Source of the DNA: a virus | Lineage: Duplodnaviria > Caudoviricetes | Virus record (IMG/VR): IMGVR_UViG_3300032283_000312 | Location: 1-34,294 of that record | Strand: one strand, 5' to 3' | Length of the DNA: 34,294 nt | In this document: piece after piece, positions 16,921 through 25,220 of the stretch | Layout of the letters: every line of letters starts with the position of its first letter | How positions within the stretch are numbered: position 1 is the stretch's first letter | The notes under the pieces: model-generated | The model's database searches: none | Told to the model about the DNA's origin: nothing | The model's input: the letters and a program-made list of their open reading frames with translations, nothing else | Translations under genes and position numbers: made by a program

Positions 16921-17316
16921 GTGGATAAAGTATTGTGTATTGAGTTGTGGCGGGATTGGATGATTAATTCTCCGCAAGATAGCCAGGTTATAGAATGTAA
17001 ACAAAACATATCTAAATTTTCTAAAGACGACTGGACTGTAATGTCTGAAGAGGCAATATACTTAATTCAAAACCTTGTTGATTTAGTTTTAAATAAGACC
17101 CCCCTTAAAGACAAAGCCTCAGAAGACTCTTTTGATCTTTTTATTAAGCATATTGATGAGTGGTTTTTTATAGTAAATAAAACTTTTGCTATAAAAATAA
17201 TTTATTCATGTCAAACGAATGATAAATTTTTCCAATTTTTTGATGGATTTCATCCTGGATTAACAAAACATGTTGCTAAGTTAATGATGGTCTATTTGCA
17301 CAAACTTCCAGACTAA
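16921..17316 (+). CDS. Stand-alone TipAS antibiotic-recognition-like domain protein
   Basis: W.D...SP...E......FSKDDW...H...WF...DKFFQFFDGFHPGL..H......Y resembles the TipAS pattern (by eye). Confidence 0.55.
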   Translation: MDKVLCIELWRDWMINSPQDSQVIECKQNISKFSKDDWTVMSEEAIYLIQNLVDLVLNKTPLKDKASEDSFDLFIKHIDEWFFIVNKTFAIKIIYSCQTNDKFFQFFDGFHPGLTKHVAKLMMVYLHKLPD

Positions 17317-17318
17317 GT

Positions 17319-17447
17319 TTATTTTTTAGGCTGTTTTGGTTGGTATGGTTCAATCTTAGACTTAATACGACCATCCTTGTATAGTCTTACAATCCATCCA
17401 TCTTTGATCTGCATTGGATTAAATGCGTGTGCTTTTTTCTTTGGCAT
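17319..17447 (-). CDS. Small basic protein (42 aa)
   Basis: MPKKKAHAFNPMQIKDGWIVRLYKDGRIK...; TAATG coupling. Confidence 0.55.
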   Translation of the reverse strand: MPKKKAHAFNPMQIKDGWIVRLYKDGRIKSKIEPYQPKQPKK

Positions 17448-18028
17448 TAAAGTGAGTGTCTTTCTGTTTGTACCTTTGTGTAGTCCTTGCCAAAATCAGC
17501 AAACAAAGCCTTTGCAGCAGGAACACAGTTTGGAACTGGCTTACCGTCTGCTCCTGGCTTCATTCCTCTTTGGACATATCCATCCCAACAAGGTGCTTGC
17601 TTACTTACATTGCTACAGCAATCTGATTTCATTTCTCCAGCCTGACACTGAGGACACTCTTCGCATGTTACATTTAATTCTTTACACATAGGGCATCCGC
17701 AACCTTCGTATGCTTTGCTAATTGATTTTCCAATTGATGAGTCATACATTGCCATTGCTGTTTCTGAATCCATTGAGTGATTATCAATATCTGCTTTTTC
17801 AGCATCCTTGTACATCATGCCAATACTATATGCTGTTGGCTTCCATGTACCGTTTTCTTCTTTGTGTATTCTAACTGACATTGCTGGGTTTTCTGGTGGC
17901 ATTGAAACTAAAGCATATTCTGATCCAGGAGTACCAAGTACCCCACCTTCGTTCATTACATGCTCTATAACGCCGTGTACAACCCCTTCAGAGGTTGATC
18001 CCATAACAAAGTCGCCTTCTTTTAACAT
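17447..18028 (-). CDS. Hypothetical protein with Cys-rich segment and PCWDGY..G.K...VPNCVP motif
   Basis: 193 aa, TATAAT-N6-ATG; the motif recurs in phage hypothetical proteins. Confidence 0.75.
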   Translation of the reverse strand: MLKEGDFVMGSTSEGVVHGVIEHVMNEGGVLGTPGSEYALVSMPPENPAMSVRIHKEENGTWKPTAYSIGMMYKDAEKADIDNHSMDSETAMAMYDSSIGKSISKAYEGCGCPMCKELNVTCEECPQCQAGEMKSDCCSNVSKQAPCWDGYVQRGMKPGADGKPVPNCVPAAKALFADFGKDYTKVQTERHSL

Positions 18029-18035
18029 ATAATAA

Positions 18036-18308
18036 TTATATCATACCGTTAAGCCTGTTGTAAGTCCTTACCCTGTGGCAATTGGCGCAAACCACCTCAC
18101 ACTTTTCAATCTCTTTCTTGATAGCCCTCCATGAAAAACCATCATGGATCATTCTTGACACATTGTATTTCTTGTCTCTTAGGTGATCAAAGTCTAGGAT
18201 TATATGGTTACCAACACCACAATCTACACAGCCAGAATCCTCTTTTATCTTAGCAAGCATCTTCTTATACTGCTGCTTGTTATAGGTGTCTAACTCTTTG
18301 TCAGTCAT
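18036..18308 (-). CDS. HNH endonuclease family protein
   Basis: CVDCG...LDFDH...CEVVCANCHRVRT. Confidence 0.85.
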   Translation of the reverse strand: MTDKELDTYNKQQYKKMLAKIKEDSGCVDCGVGNHIILDFDHLRDKKYNVSRMIHDGFSWRAIKKEIEKCEVVCANCHRVRTYNRLNGMI

Positions 18309-18336
18309 TGTTATCATTATACCGTGAAAATATTAG

Positions 18337-18421
18337 GTCCCCACACAGGCAATTCACCTGACTTGCGCCACGGTCTCTATCCAATGGGTAACTATGCCAT
18401 CTCTAAGGTCCTGTGGGGGAC
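18337..18421 (-). ncRNA. Candidate 85-nt structured ncRNA with its own promoter
   Basis: 12-bp terminal stem GUCCCCCACAGG/CCUGUG(U)GGGGAC, two internal hairpins (one with a GCAA tetraloop); TTGACA-16-TACAAT-N6 upstream. Confidence 0.6.
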
Positions 18422-18471
18422 ATATCTATTGTACTCCTAGATTATATGGTGTCAATGGTATACTTGTTTAT

Positions 18472-19170
18472 ATGGAAAACAAAACACAGGGAAATTGGAA
18501 AATTGGAAAAGAAATAAGAAATCCAATTGGTTACAATGAAGAAAAAATATATGGTGATCACGAAATGGAGTTAGCAATCCCTATATCTCAAGATCAATTG
18601 AATGGTGCAAGACTATTTACTTCAAAATACGAATATGCAAAAACATTAAATAAGAATATATCATATTTAGAAGTGGGTGTCGGTTGGGGCAACTCCGCCA
18701 AAATGTTTATAGATACAACAAACGCCAAGAGTGCAGACCTTTTAGATTTTTATGATAATGCTGAGGGAACTAGGGTGCCAGGTGGTGCTGATCCAGGAAT
18801 TAATTCAGCAACTCATGAAGAATATATAAAAAACAAACTTTCTTATCATCCTAACATAAAGACTATAAAGGGTGATATGAGAGAGATATTCTTTACTTTA
18901 GACAAAGCGTATGATCTTATCCTTTTTGATGCTGATCAGGACAGACTTTTAGTAAGAAACCTTTTAATTCATTCTTCTAAATTAATTAATATTAATGGAG
19001 TTGTAGGATTTACTTCTTATATGAATTATGATGCAGTTCATTATGATCATCATGTAGGAGTATACCAAGGTGTAAACGAATTTTTAAATGTAAACAAAAA
19101 TTGGTCTGTTGATGCTATAGTTTTACACGATCTTGGATTTCATGAAATATATATTAAAAGAAATTCATAA
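18472..19170 (+). CDS. Class I SAM-dependent methyltransferase (Methyltransf_24-like)
   Basis: YLEVGVGWGNSA, IKGD, YDLILFDAD, GV...VNEF; TATACT-N7-ATG. Confidence 0.8.
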   Translation: MENKTQGNWKIGKEIRNPIGYNEEKIYGDHEMELAIPISQDQLNGARLFTSKYEYAKTLNKNISYLEVGVGWGNSAKMFIDTTNAKSADLLDFYDNAEGTRVPGGADPGINSATHEEYIKNKLSYHPNIKTIKGDMREIFFTLDKAYDLILFDADQDRLLVRNLLIHSSKLININGVVGFTSYMNYDAVHYDHHVGVYQGVNEFLNVNKNWSVDAIVLHDLGFHEIYIKRNS

Positions 19171-19175
19171 TAAAT

Positions 19176-19290
19176 GAGCAGTTTATAGACTACTGCTCAG
19201 GTCTATTGGCCACGAAGATTCAACTCCTGCCAACTCTCCCCTCGTGGGAGCATCCGTTGTAAAACCTTTTAAAGTCTTATATCGGAATGT
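19176..19290 (-). ncRNA. Candidate ~115-nt structured RNA ending in pseudoknot copy 3
   Basis: Several stems; terminal ATAGAC-CT-GAGCA-GTA-GTCTAT-AAAC-TGCTC (19206..19176); TATAAT at 19301..19296. Confidence 0.5.
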
Positions 19291-19301
19291 TATCTATTAT
19301 A

Positions 19302-19718
19302 CTACTTAATTTTAATAGATTTAGGCTTCTTTTCTTCAGGAACAATACGAACCACATTAACATGCAGCATACCGTCCTTAAGTTCTGCAGATGTTACTTC
19401 CATATACTCTCCCAGTGCAAAAGATCTTACGAACTTTCTTCCTGCGATTCCCTTATGAACTACCTCTGCATCTGTAACTTCAACAATCTCACCCTTGATA
19501 ATCAATGTTCCGTTATCTACTGAAACATCAATATCGTCTTTTGAAAAACCAGCAACAGCCAGTGAAATCTTGTATGTATCTTCATCTAGTTTGATTAGAT
19601 CATACGGAGGGTATGACTGTGAGTTTGTTTTATGTGCTGTATTTAGGCGACTCAACTCTCTGTTGAAGCCAATAAAAAAAGGATCATTGAATAGATCCAT
19701 AGCGTACTTTGTTACCAT
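19302..19718 (-). CDS. hsp20: Hsp20/IbpA small heat-shock protein
   Basis: SYPPYDL...LAVAGF...HKGIAGRKF.RSF.L...AELKDGML...PEEKKP. Confidence 0.95.
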   Translation of the reverse strand: MVTKYAMDLFNDPFFIGFNRELSRLNTAHKTNSQSYPPYDLIKLDEDTYKISLAVAGFSKDDIDVSVDNGTLIIKGEIVEVTDAEVVHKGIAGRKFVRSFALGEYMEVTSAELKDGMLHVNVVRIVPEEKKPKSIKIK

Positions 19719-19719
19719 G

Positions 19720-19804
19720 TTATTCCCCTTTCAAGCGAATAAGTTAAATTACCCCCCTATTGGGCAGGCATAAATATTATAGCATAGAAAAACAGGCTAG
19801 TCAA
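19720..19804 (-). promoter_or_regulatory. hsp20 promoter and ROSE-like SD-sequestering hairpin
   Basis: TTGACT-17-TATAAT; UUAUUCGCUU-GAA-AGGGGAAUAA hairpin immediately before the AUG. Confidence 0.6.
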
Positions 19805-19830
19805 ATGCCCTAGCCTGCTAATCTAAAGAA

Positions 19831-20112
19831 TTACTTCTTTGCTGCTGCCTTCTTAGCAGGAGCCTTCTTTGCAGTCTTCTTGACTACCTTAGCAGTCTTA
19901 ACTGCTAAATCTACCTCTTCAACAGATGGCAATTTACCAAATGCCTTGTCGTTAGGATTGACTGCTCTAATTGCAACGGGCACGATGGCTCCTAGCAATG
20001 AGTAAGCAAGTGTCTTTGGATCTGTTACGCCAGAAGCGTAAAGAGCGATAGCAGCACCAAGGACTGATCGTCCGTATGATGCAAGCATTGCTTTTAGTTG
20101 TGTTGTATTCAT
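19831..20112 (-). CDS. Holin-like membrane protein with Lys/Ala-rich tail
   Basis: Two hydrophobic helices, RAVNPND..FG, KKAPAKK tail. Confidence 0.55.
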   Translation of the reverse strand: MNTTQLKAMLASYGRSVLGAAIALYASGVTDPKTLAYSLLGAIVPVAIRAVNPNDKAFGKLPSVEEVDLAVKTAKVVKKTAKKAPAKKAAAKK

Positions 20113-20122
20113 TTTATTCCTC

Positions 20123-20281
20123 CTAGGATATGAATTTAGTTAGTACTGTAAAGCCAATCCATAGACCAATAATTCCTGCGACTCCCGCAAAAACTGGTGG
20201 TGCTGGTACTGGCAATTTGAATGCAGCAAATACTACGCCACACCCAAAACCTGTTAGTATTGATAGTATAATTTCTTTCAT
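20123..20281 (-). CDS. XapX-domain (DUF1427) small membrane protein, 52 aa
   Basis: G...G.VF...KLPVPAPP..AG..GI.G...G; absent from the ORF track. Confidence 0.75.
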   Translation of the reverse strand: MKEIILSILTGFGCGVVFAAFKLPVPAPPVFAGVAGIIGLWIGFTVLTKFIS

Positions 20282-20282
20282 T

Positions 20283-20858
20283 TTAATATTCAACAGTCTT
20301 AGCGGTTCCTTCTATATCGTTTATATTTCCACGATAAGAAGAATCTTCAAAATTAAACCACAAGGTAGAAGAATATCGATTTGCACTATTTTTAAGCACC
20401 TCATGTAGATAGTGCTTGTTGCTAGGAAACATGATAAAACTATTAGCCTTTGGCTTAACCTTTAGATCATGCCAAGGAAAATTTATTTCCCCTCCTTCAT
20501 AATCTTCATTAATGTAATATATTACTGCAAAATCTCCTGCAGTATCTATATGTTTATTCATATAAAAATCTTTTTGAAACCTAACTAAATGAACTTCCCT
20601 TTTTTTAAACACACGAAGTTTTACATTATGTGTGTCTGTACATTTTTGGAAAGCAATCCGAAATACCTTGTCTAGTATGTCAGCAATTTCTGATGACATT
20701 CCTTTTTCAGAATTAAAAAATTCAACTCCCCAAGGCTGTTTATACCAACCATCAACATTAACCACATAGTCAAGTAATTTTTTATGTTCTTCTTTAGATA
20801 ATACATTTTCTACAGTTTGTATATTATCTATAGAATTTTCTGAGGTAATTTCCATCAT
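20283..20858 (-). CDS. 2OG-Fe(II) oxygenase
   Basis: HID...YYINEDYEGGEI...HEV...RYS. Confidence 0.9.
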   Translation of the reverse strand: MMEITSENSIDNIQTVENVLSKEEHKKLLDYVVNVDGWYKQPWGVEFFNSEKGMSSEIADILDKVFRIAFQKCTDTHNVKLRVFKKREVHLVRFQKDFYMNKHIDTAGDFAVIYYINEDYEGGEINFPWHDLKVKPKANSFIMFPSNKHYLHEVLKNSANRYSSTLWFNFEDSSYRGNINDIEGTAKTVEY

Positions 20859-21463
20859 TCTTTATTGTACCATTCTGCATTCTTAGTAAAGGTTGAACCA
20901 GTAAACTGAAACCACATTGAGGAACTATATCGATCACCCATGGCAATTGTTTTAACCTCATGCAGATAGTTTTCGTTACCAGGAAAAAATATTAAACTGT
21001 TTGGCTTTGGTTTAATGTATACACCAAGTTCTGGGAAACAAAGTTCTCCACCAATATAATCATCATTAATATAGTATATTGATGCAATGTGATTGGATTC
21101 TGCTGAATTAGTATCTACATGTGGATACAAAGCAAGACCCTTTGTAAATTTAATTAAAGCAAGATTGTCTGTTTGAAAATAATTAATGTCTACGCCGTAA
21201 GCCTCTGTAGCGTTTTTGTGAACAACTGCAAATATTTTCTCTAACATCTTTAGAATGTTCATTGGCAACTGATCCATTCCAACGGTATAAGCATCCCAAG
21301 GTTCAAGAACCCACAACTTACGGGTCAATACGTAATCAAGAAGAACTTCGTGCTCTTCTTTAGATAGAACATCTTCTACACATTTTATGTTTTCTGCAGA
21401 GTTTCCTATTTTTTCAACATTTTTTAAATAGATCTCGTCTTTTTCTGAAGGGTTAGTAATCAT
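20855..21463 (-). CDS. 2OG-Fe(II) oxygenase
   Basis: HVD...YYINDDYIGGEL...HEV...RYS. Confidence 0.9.
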   Translation of the reverse strand: MITNPSEKDEIYLKNVEKIGNSAENIKCVEDVLSKEEHEVLLDYVLTRKLWVLEPWDAYTVGMDQLPMNILKMLEKIFAVVHKNATEAYGVDINYFQTDNLALIKFTKGLALYPHVDTNSAESNHIASIYYINDDYIGGELCFPELGVYIKPKPNSLIFFPGNENYLHEVKTIAMGDRYSSSMWFQFTGSTFTKNAEWYNKE

Positions 21464-21867
21464 GTATCTATTCTACCATAGTCTTCTGGGAGTAGTTTCT
21501 TTAACTCTTTGTACGCCCCAGATATTTTTTTCATGGAGTAGTAGTGAGGATAGGCTGTTCCCACAACCCCGTACTCATCAAAATAGACTATTTCTGGCTC
21601 AATATCAGTAATAAATTTATTTAAAGAGGCCTGAACATCCTCTATATAGGTATACGCCCAGTCACGAGAGTCTGAAATAAATTTTAAAAAATCTTCATTA
21701 AACTGCTCTTTATCTGTTTTTGTTTTTTCTTTCTGTTCTTCTTGTAAGATAAAAAACTCAAGTGTTTGAGCAATCATTTTAACATTTTGTTTCTTTTGAA
21801 TATAAAAAAGAAAAGCAAAGGTTGTTGATAAGACTGATAAAATAATTAACAATATTGTCTGAATCAT
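21460..21867 (-). CDS. Hypothetical membrane-anchored protein
   Basis: N-terminal TM helix; FLKFISDSRDWAY.YIE. Confidence 0.75.
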   Translation of the reverse strand: MIQTILLIILSVLSTTFAFLFYIQKKQNVKMIAQTLEFFILQEEQKEKTKTDKEQFNEDFLKFISDSRDWAYTYIEDVQASLNKFITDIEPEIVYFDEYGVVGTAYPHYYSMKKISGAYKELKKLLPEDYGRIDT

Positions 21868-22103
21868 AATTCTTTTCCACCTTCTCTAACAAGAAGAACA
21901 ATTGCACCATTGTCCTCTAGTGCTTTCTTAACACGAATCATATACTCAATAGCCTGTCTTTTCATGTCTACTGTCTCCAATAGCATAAAGTCTTTTTCTT
22001 TTGCTTTAACTGTTATAAAATTATCATTATCTATAATCTGTAAAGAAAAATTTTTAGGAGCATTGAGAGATCTAAATGCTTTTCTCATTGCATCTGTATA
22101 CAT
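21864..22103 (-). CDS. Hypothetical protein
   Basis: 79 aa, in an operon with whiB. Confidence 0.7.
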   Translation of the reverse strand: MYTDAMRKAFRSLNAPKNFSLQIIDNDNFITVKAKEKDFMLLETVDMKRQAIEYMIRVKKALEDNGAIVLLVREGGKEL

Positions 22104-22104
22104 G

Positions 22105-22386
22105 TTACTCCATTGTTAATGACTGCCATGTCATTCCCCAGTCGCTCTTTGTCTTGTGACTAGCAAACTCTTTTGATATTTCACCATTCTCTAAGTATAC
22201 CCCACCCCAGACTCCCCATTCTTTGCCCGAAATTCCAACAGAAAAACATTCTTTCCTGACTGGACAAGAAGAACAAAGAGCATCAATTGCTGGTCTTAAC
22301 AATTCATCATCTTCATATTTTTCAAAAAACAAATTTGTGTCATAATCTAAACAAACAGCGTTATCTTTCCACATGTATTTATTCAT
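22105..22386 (-). CDS. whiB: WhiB family Fe-S transcription factor
   Basis: W...AVC...FF...C..CPV..EC...GVWGG. Confidence 0.92.
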   Translation of the reverse strand: MNKYMWKDNAVCLDYDTNLFFEKYEDDELLRPAIDALCSSCPVRKECFSVGISGKEWGVWGGVYLENGEISKEFASHKTKSDWGMTWQSLTME

Positions 22387-22599
22387 TTAGATCACATACT
22401 TATCAGGAATTTCCCACCCTTGGCTAGAAGGAATAAAACTTTTTTTCATTTGCCATTTTCCATTTTTATAAATGCCAAACTTTGAGTAGTAGGCTTTGTC
22501 TGAAGGAAAAGTCTCAACCACTGTCCAACCGTCCCAAGACAGTTGCCGATTCTTGATGACTATAGATTCCATAGCCTCTAAAGAATTAACTATTTTCAT
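22387..22599 (-). CDS. Hypothetical protein
   Basis: 70 aa, LSWDGW motif. Confidence 0.7.
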   Translation of the reverse strand: MKIVNSLEAMESIVIKNRQLSWDGWTVVETFPSDKAYYSKFGIYKNGKWQMKKSFIPSSQGWEIPDKYVI

Positions 22600-22682
22600 T
22601 GTGTTTCCATTCTATTCGTGTGCTAAAGCACATTTGAAGCATACTTAATTTTAACAGATCTGACTGTATTTGTCAACACTGT

Positions 22683-23039
22683 TTAAAAATTGTACACATT
22701 GGTGTTGATATTATTTAGTTTTGATATATGAACCATCTTTGACACTGGCTCTTTTGGATTAGACAAAAAAGCAAAATGATTTAGTTCTAAAATATTTTCT
22801 TCTAGCCATTGAGGAGTAACCTTAATAAACTTGATAGACTTTCCTCTTAACTTCATTCCTTTTTCAGATAAGTTTGAAAACTCCATAGCCATCATGTTGA
22901 TGTTGTTTGGACCTGCAGAATATATGTGAAAGGTTTTATCTTCTTCTAACAACTCAGAAAGAGCAACGCCCATTGATCTTATAAAGACATTATAGTTATC
23001 AAAACTACTTGTCCCCTGGACCCCTACTATCATCGCCAA
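22683..23039 (-). CDS. Hypothetical protein, possibly SLOG/YspA-like fold
   Basis: IVGVQGTSSFDNY N-terminus resembles SLOG G(S/T)R.F.DY; weak. Confidence 0.55.
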   Translation of the reverse strand: MAMIVGVQGTSSFDNYNVFIRSMGVALSELLEEDKTFHIYSAGPNNINMMAMEFSNLSEKGMKLRGKSIKFIKVTPQWLEENILELNHFAFLSNPKEPVSKMVHISKLNNINTNVYNF

Positions 23040-23421
23040 TCCCTTCTCTTAATCTGTCCATTATAAACAGCATCTTCTCTAATTGTACCTTATCCATACC
23101 CATCGTGTCAACTTGCTCTGCAGACTCTTTATCAATAAGTTCGTTTACTAAAGGCGCTTTATAAAACATATTATCTTTAATCCAGTATGCATTATTGTCA
23201 AGAATAATAACCCTTATGTTAGTTTTATCATGTTGAATTGTTGACTGAGTCTTAGTTTTTAACCTTCTTGGTTTTTTATCTAGCCTCTTATACCTATACA
23301 ACAGCATTGACTGACTTACAATAACTTTTTTATTGCTGCTTATCTTATTTCTTAATAAATAAATATAGAAGAGTATTAGGGTAGTTACTGTTATTGCTAT
23401 AGCCCCATAAAAATTATTCAT
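23005..23421 (-). CDS. Hypothetical membrane-anchored protein
   Basis: N-terminal TM helix, AYWIKDN.FY.A. Confidence 0.7.
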   Translation of the reverse strand: MNNFYGAIAITVTTLILFYIYLLRNKISSNKKVIVSQSMLLYRYKRLDKKPRRLKTKTQSTIQHDKTNIRVIILDNNAYWIKDNMFYKAPLVNELIDKESAEQVDTMGMDKVQLEKMLFIMDRLREGIGDDSRGPGDK

Positions 23422-23445
23422 TAGTACTCCTAGATTTAAAGTATA

Positions 23446-23775
23446 TCAGTTTTTATTAAAAAGTACTTTGACTATTTCTTCCATAACAATTCTTTCCTCT
23501 TTGGGTAAAGATTTTATATTTAATGCATCGAAAGATTTTGGCCCTAGTTTTACCAATGGATCTTTATTTGTTACATCCATATCAATAAAACCTTTTTCCC
23601 AAAGTTTTAAAGTTACCTCTGAAAAATATAAAGATAGGTCCTCACTGAGCCTAGAGTCTAACTCTTTAAGCCTATCTGTAGGTTTATAAAGGGTTTCTCC
23701 AGTCTCTGAATCACTACCAGCAAACTCTAGACCACCATTTAACAACAGATTATCGACTGCATCAAATTCGTCCAT
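23446..23775 (-). CDS. Hypothetical protein
   Basis: 109 aa, G.DSETGE.LY and LWEKGF. Confidence 0.7.
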   Translation of the reverse strand: MDEFDAVDNLLLNGGLEFAGSDSETGETLYKPTDRLKELDSRLSEDLSLYFSEVTLKLWEKGFIDMDVTNKDPLVKLGPKSFDALNIKSLPKEERIVMEEIVKVLFNKN

Positions 23776-23777
23776 GC

Positions 23778-24185
23778 TTACTTGCCCGACTTTTTTCTTG
23801 CCTTAGCAAGTGCTCCAAAATCTTTAACCTTGGTATCTCCAAGGTATCCCCAAGCATAGCCATCATTGATCATCATGTCGTTAAGAGATACTGTGTTTCC
23901 ATCTACATATACCCAGCCTAAAATGCGACCATACTTTTCAGATGAGTCCATCTTTTCAGTCTTTATTACAACAGACTTAGCATCCTTTAAAGATTTCTTT
24001 AGATACTCTTTGGCTTCAAGGCCAAGAGCCTTTTCAGCAAGATCCTTTGTGCGAGACTCAGGGGTATCAATACCAGCCAGTCTGACACGAGATGCAAACA
24101 GGATATCAAACCCTAAATCAATAAGAACATCAATGGTATCTCCATCTACAACATTCTCTACTTTTCTTACATAGTATTCATACAT
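23778..24185 (-). CDS. Staphylococcal nuclease (thermonuclease) homolog
   Basis: VVDGDTID, RVRLAGIDTPE, KYGRILG. Confidence 0.92.
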   Translation of the reverse strand: MYEYYVRKVENVVDGDTIDVLIDLGFDILFASRVRLAGIDTPESRTKDLAEKALGLEAKEYLKKSLKDAKSVVIKTEKMDSSEKYGRILGWVYVDGNTVSLNDMMINDGYAWGYLGDTKVKDFGALAKARKKSGK

Positions 24186-24388
24186 TATTTTCTCCCCCAT
24201 TTAACTTTATTCCAACCACGCTCGTGGAAGTAATAAAGGATTGTCTTTGTAAATACCTCAAAACTTGCGATTGCACCAGCCGTGACTGGCTCTTTGGTTA
24301 TTGCCCAAGATATTACAAAAGTATCTGCCGTTCCAATGATACGCCAAGTGATTGCTTTTAGGGCTGATCTTTGTTTACTTACGTTCAT
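24185..24388 (-). CDS. DUF2061 membrane protein
   Basis: RSALKAITWRIIGT.DT...K..LYYFHER.W..V.WG. Confidence 0.85.
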   Translation of the reverse strand: MNVSKQRSALKAITWRIIGTADTFVISWAITKEPVTAGAIASFEVFTKTILYYFHERGWNKVKWGRK

Positions 24389-24456
24389 TATCTTCCCCTT
24401 TTTTAAACCAGTGCTCATACATTTTTATTTCATTATCGGCCATGGCATTGCCAGCC

Positions 24457-25218
24457 TCATATACCCAGTTCTTTACGTTTTTGAGTAGCGCTAATAGATT
24501 CAATTTCATCACCCAGTTTCACCTGCTCAACTTTATATCCTACATCTCTACCATATACAATGTTGGTAATGTTAGGTAGTCTTAATACTAATGCACCATC
24601 CATAAACTTATCCTTGGCAATATATTCTTTTACCTGATCAAACTTAAGTGGATCTTTCTCGCTTGTATTGTATGTATTACGGACACCAAGAAGTACTTGG
24701 TCAGTTCTCTTGCCAGCCTCCTTGTAAAGGGCGTGGTGGCCTTCGTGCCAAGGCTGGTACCTACCCAGCATTAGAGTTGTAGGTGCAGACCAATCGTGTA
24801 AATTAAAATACTTAATTATTACTGTTGCTTTTTGTTCAGCGTCTAATCTGTGGTCTTCAAATGTTGCATCAAATTCTGTAGGTCGCTCAAACATCTTGTT
24901 AGTGTCTTCAAAGCGACCCTCAGAAATCGTATCCATAAATATTAATATGTCTGGCTTACCAAAAGCGGTACGAGTTAGATCGGTTGGGCACACAAAGTCA
25001 ACAATGACTGGAGCAACTCCTTGCTTGGAAATAAGTCTTGCCATCTCTCCCATGCGACGGGACTGCTCAAGTCTATCTTCTGGTGTAAAGCCTAAGTCTG
25101 AATTGACTGTTGCACGAACCTCATCTGCATTAAGATGAATAGCGTTAATTCTTTCTTTGAGTGCCTTGGCTAACTCTGTCTTTCCTGAACCTGGAAGACC
25201 TATAATCTGAATAATCAT
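24457..25218 (-). CDS. cysC: Adenylyl-sulfate (APS) kinase fused to a HIGH-motif nucleotidyltransferase domain
   Basis: GLPGSGKT, LNADEVR...DLGF..EDR...RR, FERP; C-terminal GRYQPWHEGH...ISAT. Confidence 0.85.
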   Translation of the reverse strand: MIIQIIGLPGSGKTELAKALKERINAIHLNADEVRATVNSDLGFTPEDRLEQSRRMGEMARLISKQGVAPVIVDFVCPTDLTRTAFGKPDILIFMDTISEGRFEDTNKMFERPTEFDATFEDHRLDAEQKATVIIKYFNLHDWSAPTTLMLGRYQPWHEGHHALYKEAGKRTDQVLLGVRNTYNTSEKDPLKFDQVKEYIAKDKFMDGALVLRLPNITNIVYGRDVGYKVEQVKLGDEIESISATQKRKELGI

Positions 25219-25220
25219 TT

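Noticed and set aside
16792-17004. 70-aa - strand ORF
   Set aside because: Antisense to tRNA-Glu, tRNA-Arg and the TipAS-like gene.
18337-18421. Hammerhead, glycine riboswitch or SRP identity for the structured RNA
   Set aside because: Only fragments match (GAUAGAG...GAA, UCAGGU); CUGANGA/GAAA, the glycine P3 core and the SRP GGAA/AGCAG elements are missing.
18394-18471. N-terminal extension of the methyltransferase ORF
   Set aside because: Covers divergent promoters and the ncRNA candidate; TATACT-N7-ATG supports start 18472. The same reasoning moved starts at 9234, 16126, 8046 and 9008.
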